The notes beneath the pieces are model-generated. The model did not search any database. It was not told the origin of the DNA and was given only the letters and a program-made list of their open reading frames with translations. From IMG/VR virus record IMGVR_UViG_3300009180_002134, positions 1-54,578 of that record: a stretch of DNA of 54,578 bases, one strand, 5' to 3'. This document shows, in pieces, positions 52,236-54,578 of the stretch. Source of the DNA: a virus. Lineage: Duplodnaviria > Caudoviricetes. The translations under genes were made by a program, and so were the position numbers. Position 1 is the first letter of the stretch. Each line of letters begins with the position of its first letter.

Positions 52236-54578
52236 TTATAACATTTGAATTTTATATCCTTGTCTTTTAAGATTTTCTAATTGTTCTGTACTTACTGTCA
52301 TTTCAGTTCCCGTTTTTATTGAACCTCCCTCACGTAATTTATTAGAATAATAATTGCTTAGTTTTGATACATCTCCTCCATTTTCATAATAATAAAAACC
52401 AGCTCCTCCCTGATCATTAGCATCATCATATAGTTTCCAATCATTCTTTTGAATCTTTTTATCTTTCTTTCTAAAACCTCTTGAAAAAGTACCGTTATCT
52501 AAAATTACAACTCTAACTGTAGAAAGCTTATATCTTTTCTTAAATTCTTCTAAAGCATCATCTAAATTTTGTAAAGATCCTGAAACTAAAAACTTATGTT
52601 TCATGTCAGGTGTAGTTAAAATAAATCTTCCTCCTGTAGTTTCACCATATGTAAGATGTTGATCTTTACCATTTTTTGGAACAAGTACATTTAAAGGTTT
52701 TTGACTTCCATCTGCTGTAATTAAATGAGGAACTTTAGCAATTAATTTATTACTTGTTTCATCTCCAAGAATATAATTACCTTTTGAATCTTTAGCAAAT
52801 CCTTTAACATCTTCATATCTAAAATCAGCTAATTTTAGATTTTTACCTTTTAAGTTTTTACCAAAATCCAAATAGAACTTACCTTGGTCATCCACTCCTC
52901 CATATAGTTTATCATCTTTAATTTCAGAATCAGTATATGTTCTTATACTATTTCTTCCAATATCATCTTTATATGCCTCACCTTCATATTCTTTATCAAA
53001 AACAGGAATAACTAATCCTTCAGTATTTGTAATACCAGTTTTAGAATCTGTAGTTGATCCCACTCCTTCTCTATTATGAAATCCAAATTTAAATTTATCA
53101 AGATCAATCATTTCTGATGTATGATAGAATCCTTTACCTCTATGTTTAATATCTTTTTCATCAGATATTTCAGATCCTAATGTAATAGGTTCAAAAACAT
53201 TTTTAATTTGTCCTTCATATTCTATTTTTGGTTTTTTTAAATCAATTTTTGTAATTGTTTTTTCATCATCTCCTTTTAATAATTTAAGCTTTCTATCAAT
53301 ATAACTTGTTCCAAGATCAATAAAATTTTCAGCACTTTCTTTAAAATCTTTAATACCTCCTTGAATATTTTCAATACCTTTTAATGTATAATCAAATAAA
53401 GAAGGAGGTGCTTTTGTAATAGGTGTATTATTTAGATAAGCATCTTCCATCATAGCTTGTCTACGATTATCAGATGTAGTTGTAGACTCACTAACGTTTA
53501 GTGGCATCTGATAATTTGGCATTACAAAAGGTTGTTGTACAGGAGCTACAACAGGTGCTTGTTGAGGAGCTTGCTGGTTACCGTTAAATATTGGATAGTT
53601 AAAAGATTGTTGAGTTTGTTGATAAGGTGCTCTAAAGCCATTATCAATAATAGGTGCTGCTGGTGGTGTTACAACAGTTTGTTTAGGAACACCTCCTGTA
53701 ATAGAACCAAAAGGATTATTAGGAATTTGAACAAAAGGTGTTTGGTTAGCAGAAGGTTGTGTAGACAACATCATATTTAACACCGTAGGATTAAGTCCTT
53801 GTGGAGCAGGTGGTATAACTTGTTTTTGAACAATAGGTTTTTGAACTACTGGTGCTAAAGGAGCAGGTCTAAAAGACATTTTATTTCTTAAAAAACCAAT
53901 GTTAGGTGCAGGAGTAGCTGGTGTTCTAAAATTCATCATTCTAAGATTAAGTCTTGCATTGTAATCTTGAACATTAAATGTATTTTTTTTCTGAGGAAGA
54001 CTTTTAGCTACAGGAGCCTTCACTTCTTTTTTATATAATTTTTCTACAGGAATAGGAACATAGTCAGGATCAATTTCTTTAAGAATCTCATCATCTTCTT
54101 TTAATTTAGCTAATAATTCTAAATTCTTTTTAGCAGAAAAATCATAATTTTCTATTTCATATTCTTCAGCTAAATGTTTTCTAAATTGCTTATCTGCAGG
54201 ATATCCCTTTAATGTAAGAAAATCAACAATACTTATTCCTGTATATTCTTTTGTCGGAACAGTTGTTTCTACAGGATCTTCTTGAGGAGCAACTGGAACT
54301 TCATCAACCAATGCTTCTTTTGCTGCAGCAGCTAATGTACCTGGTTTTAAAGGACTACGTGGTCCTGGTCCAACCTCTACACCTTCTTCTGCTTTATTTA
54401 ATTTAGAGGTGTAATATTTTTCTAGAATACTACCTGATGTTCCACCATATTTTTGCTGAGAAGCATTTTGTTTTAAAGATGAATTAATTAAACCTGCACC
54501 TATTGTTCCAGTTCCTAATAAAGGTACTGCAACTTTCATTGCACCATGTATTGTACGAGGATTACTATAAAAACCAAA
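52236..54578 (-). CDS. 5'-truncated modular virion protein with DUF3597-like putative cell-wall-binding module and xGG linkers
   Basis: Frame open to the window end (FGFYSNPRTIHGAMK...); SIVDFL..KG...RKHLAEEYEIENY..SAKKNLELL; C-terminal STEQLENLKRQGYKIQ. Confidence 0.7.
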   Translation of the reverse strand, partial: FGFYSNPRTIHGAMKVAVPLLGTGTIGAGLINSSLKQNASQQKYGGTSGSILEKYYTSKLNKAEEGVEVGPGPRSPLKPGTLAAAAKEALVDEVPVAPQEDPVETTVPTKEYTGISIVDFLTLKGYPADKQFRKHLAEEYEIENYDFSAKKNLELLAKLKEDDEILKEIDPDYVPIPVEKLYKKEVKAPVAKSLPQKKNTFNVQDYNARLNLRMMNFRTPATPAPNIGFLRNKMSFRPAPLAPVVQKPIVQKQVIPPAPQGLNPTVLNMMLSTQPSANQTPFVQIPNNPFGSITGGVPKQTVVTPPAAPIIDNGFRAPYQQTQQSFNYPIFNGNQQAPQQAPVVAPVQQPFVMPNYQMPLNVSESTTTSDNRRQAMMEDAYLNNTPITKAPPSLFDYTLKGIENIQGGIKDFKESAENFIDLGTSYIDRKLKLLKGDDEKTITKIDLKKPKIEYEGQIKNVFEPITLGSEISDEKDIKHRGKGFYHTSEMIDLDKFKFGFHNREGVGSTTDSKTGITNTEGLVIPVFDKEYEGEAYKDDIGRNSIRTYTDSEIKDDKLYGGVDDQGKFYLDFGKNLKGKNLKLADFRYEDVKGFAKDSKGNYILGDETSNKLIAKVPHLITADGSQKPLNVLVPKNGKDQHLTYGETTGGRFILTTPDMKHKFLVSGSLQNLDDALEEFKKRYKLSTVRVVILDNGTFSRGFRKKDKKIQKNDWKLYDDANDQGGAGFYYYENGGDVSKLSNYYSNKLREGGSIKTGTEMTVSTEQLENLKRQGYKIQML

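Noticed and set aside
23612-53780. Many 60-130 aa plus-strand or alternative-frame ORFs inside the giant genes (e.g. 31215, 35652, 37100, 41038, 51768)
   Set aside because: Antisense shadows of long coding frames with biased F/S/L/I composition and no motifs
1-54578. Stop-codon reassignment (TAG or TGA), known in some Crassvirales
   Set aside because: Genes up to 13.5 kb are open in the standard code, and TAG (943, 11174, 48588) and TGA (ATGA overlaps) act as normal stops
1-54578. CRISPR array, tRNA, rRNA, integrase or transposase
   Set aside because: No regularly spaced repeats, cloverleaf or recombinase motifs seen; intergenic gaps are mostly too short

Overview
A 54.6-kb, AT-rich fragment of a lytic Bacteroidota-infecting phage of the Crassvirales (crAss-like/phi14:2-like) type, in the standard genetic code. 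Both ends cut through genes. The layout has four parts. (i) 3' part of a vWA/MIDAS gene on +. (ii) A minus-strand late block (1.0-6.9 kb) with a lysis cassette (M15 endolysin, two holin candidates, spanin-like pair), three unannotated micro-ORFs, and putative virion-decoration proteins. Two of these share an N-terminal 'KRAFVxYxKQGxxxPGSLI...CC' module, fused in one to a FISUMP domain and in the other to an LCIB-type beta-carbonic-anhydrase-like domain; a separate gene encodes BspA-type LRRs. (iii) A plus-strand replication block (7.0-19.0 kb): DnaA-domain-IV HTH, DnaB helicase, Sak4-like ATPase, SSB, primase, HNH, ECF sigma factor, PD-(D/E)XK exonuclease, family B DNA polymerase, dNMP kinase, with Bacteroidota TAnnTTTG promoters. 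(iv) A minus-strand block of giant virion/ejection proteins (19-54.6 kb): a 2194-aa polyvalent protein, a 4490-aa virion RNA polymerase (DFDVD), a 1055-aa protein, and four modular proteins whose enzyme domains are separated by about 25 recurring (A/Y/F)-x-GG linkers. The most novel-looking observations are the xGG-punctuated cargo proteins, the carbonic-anhydrase-like domain on a repeated anchor module, and near-total Cys exclusion in the ejection proteins except at the RNAP C-terminus and the next protein's N-terminus. All family calls are by-eye motif recognition; no database searches were run.
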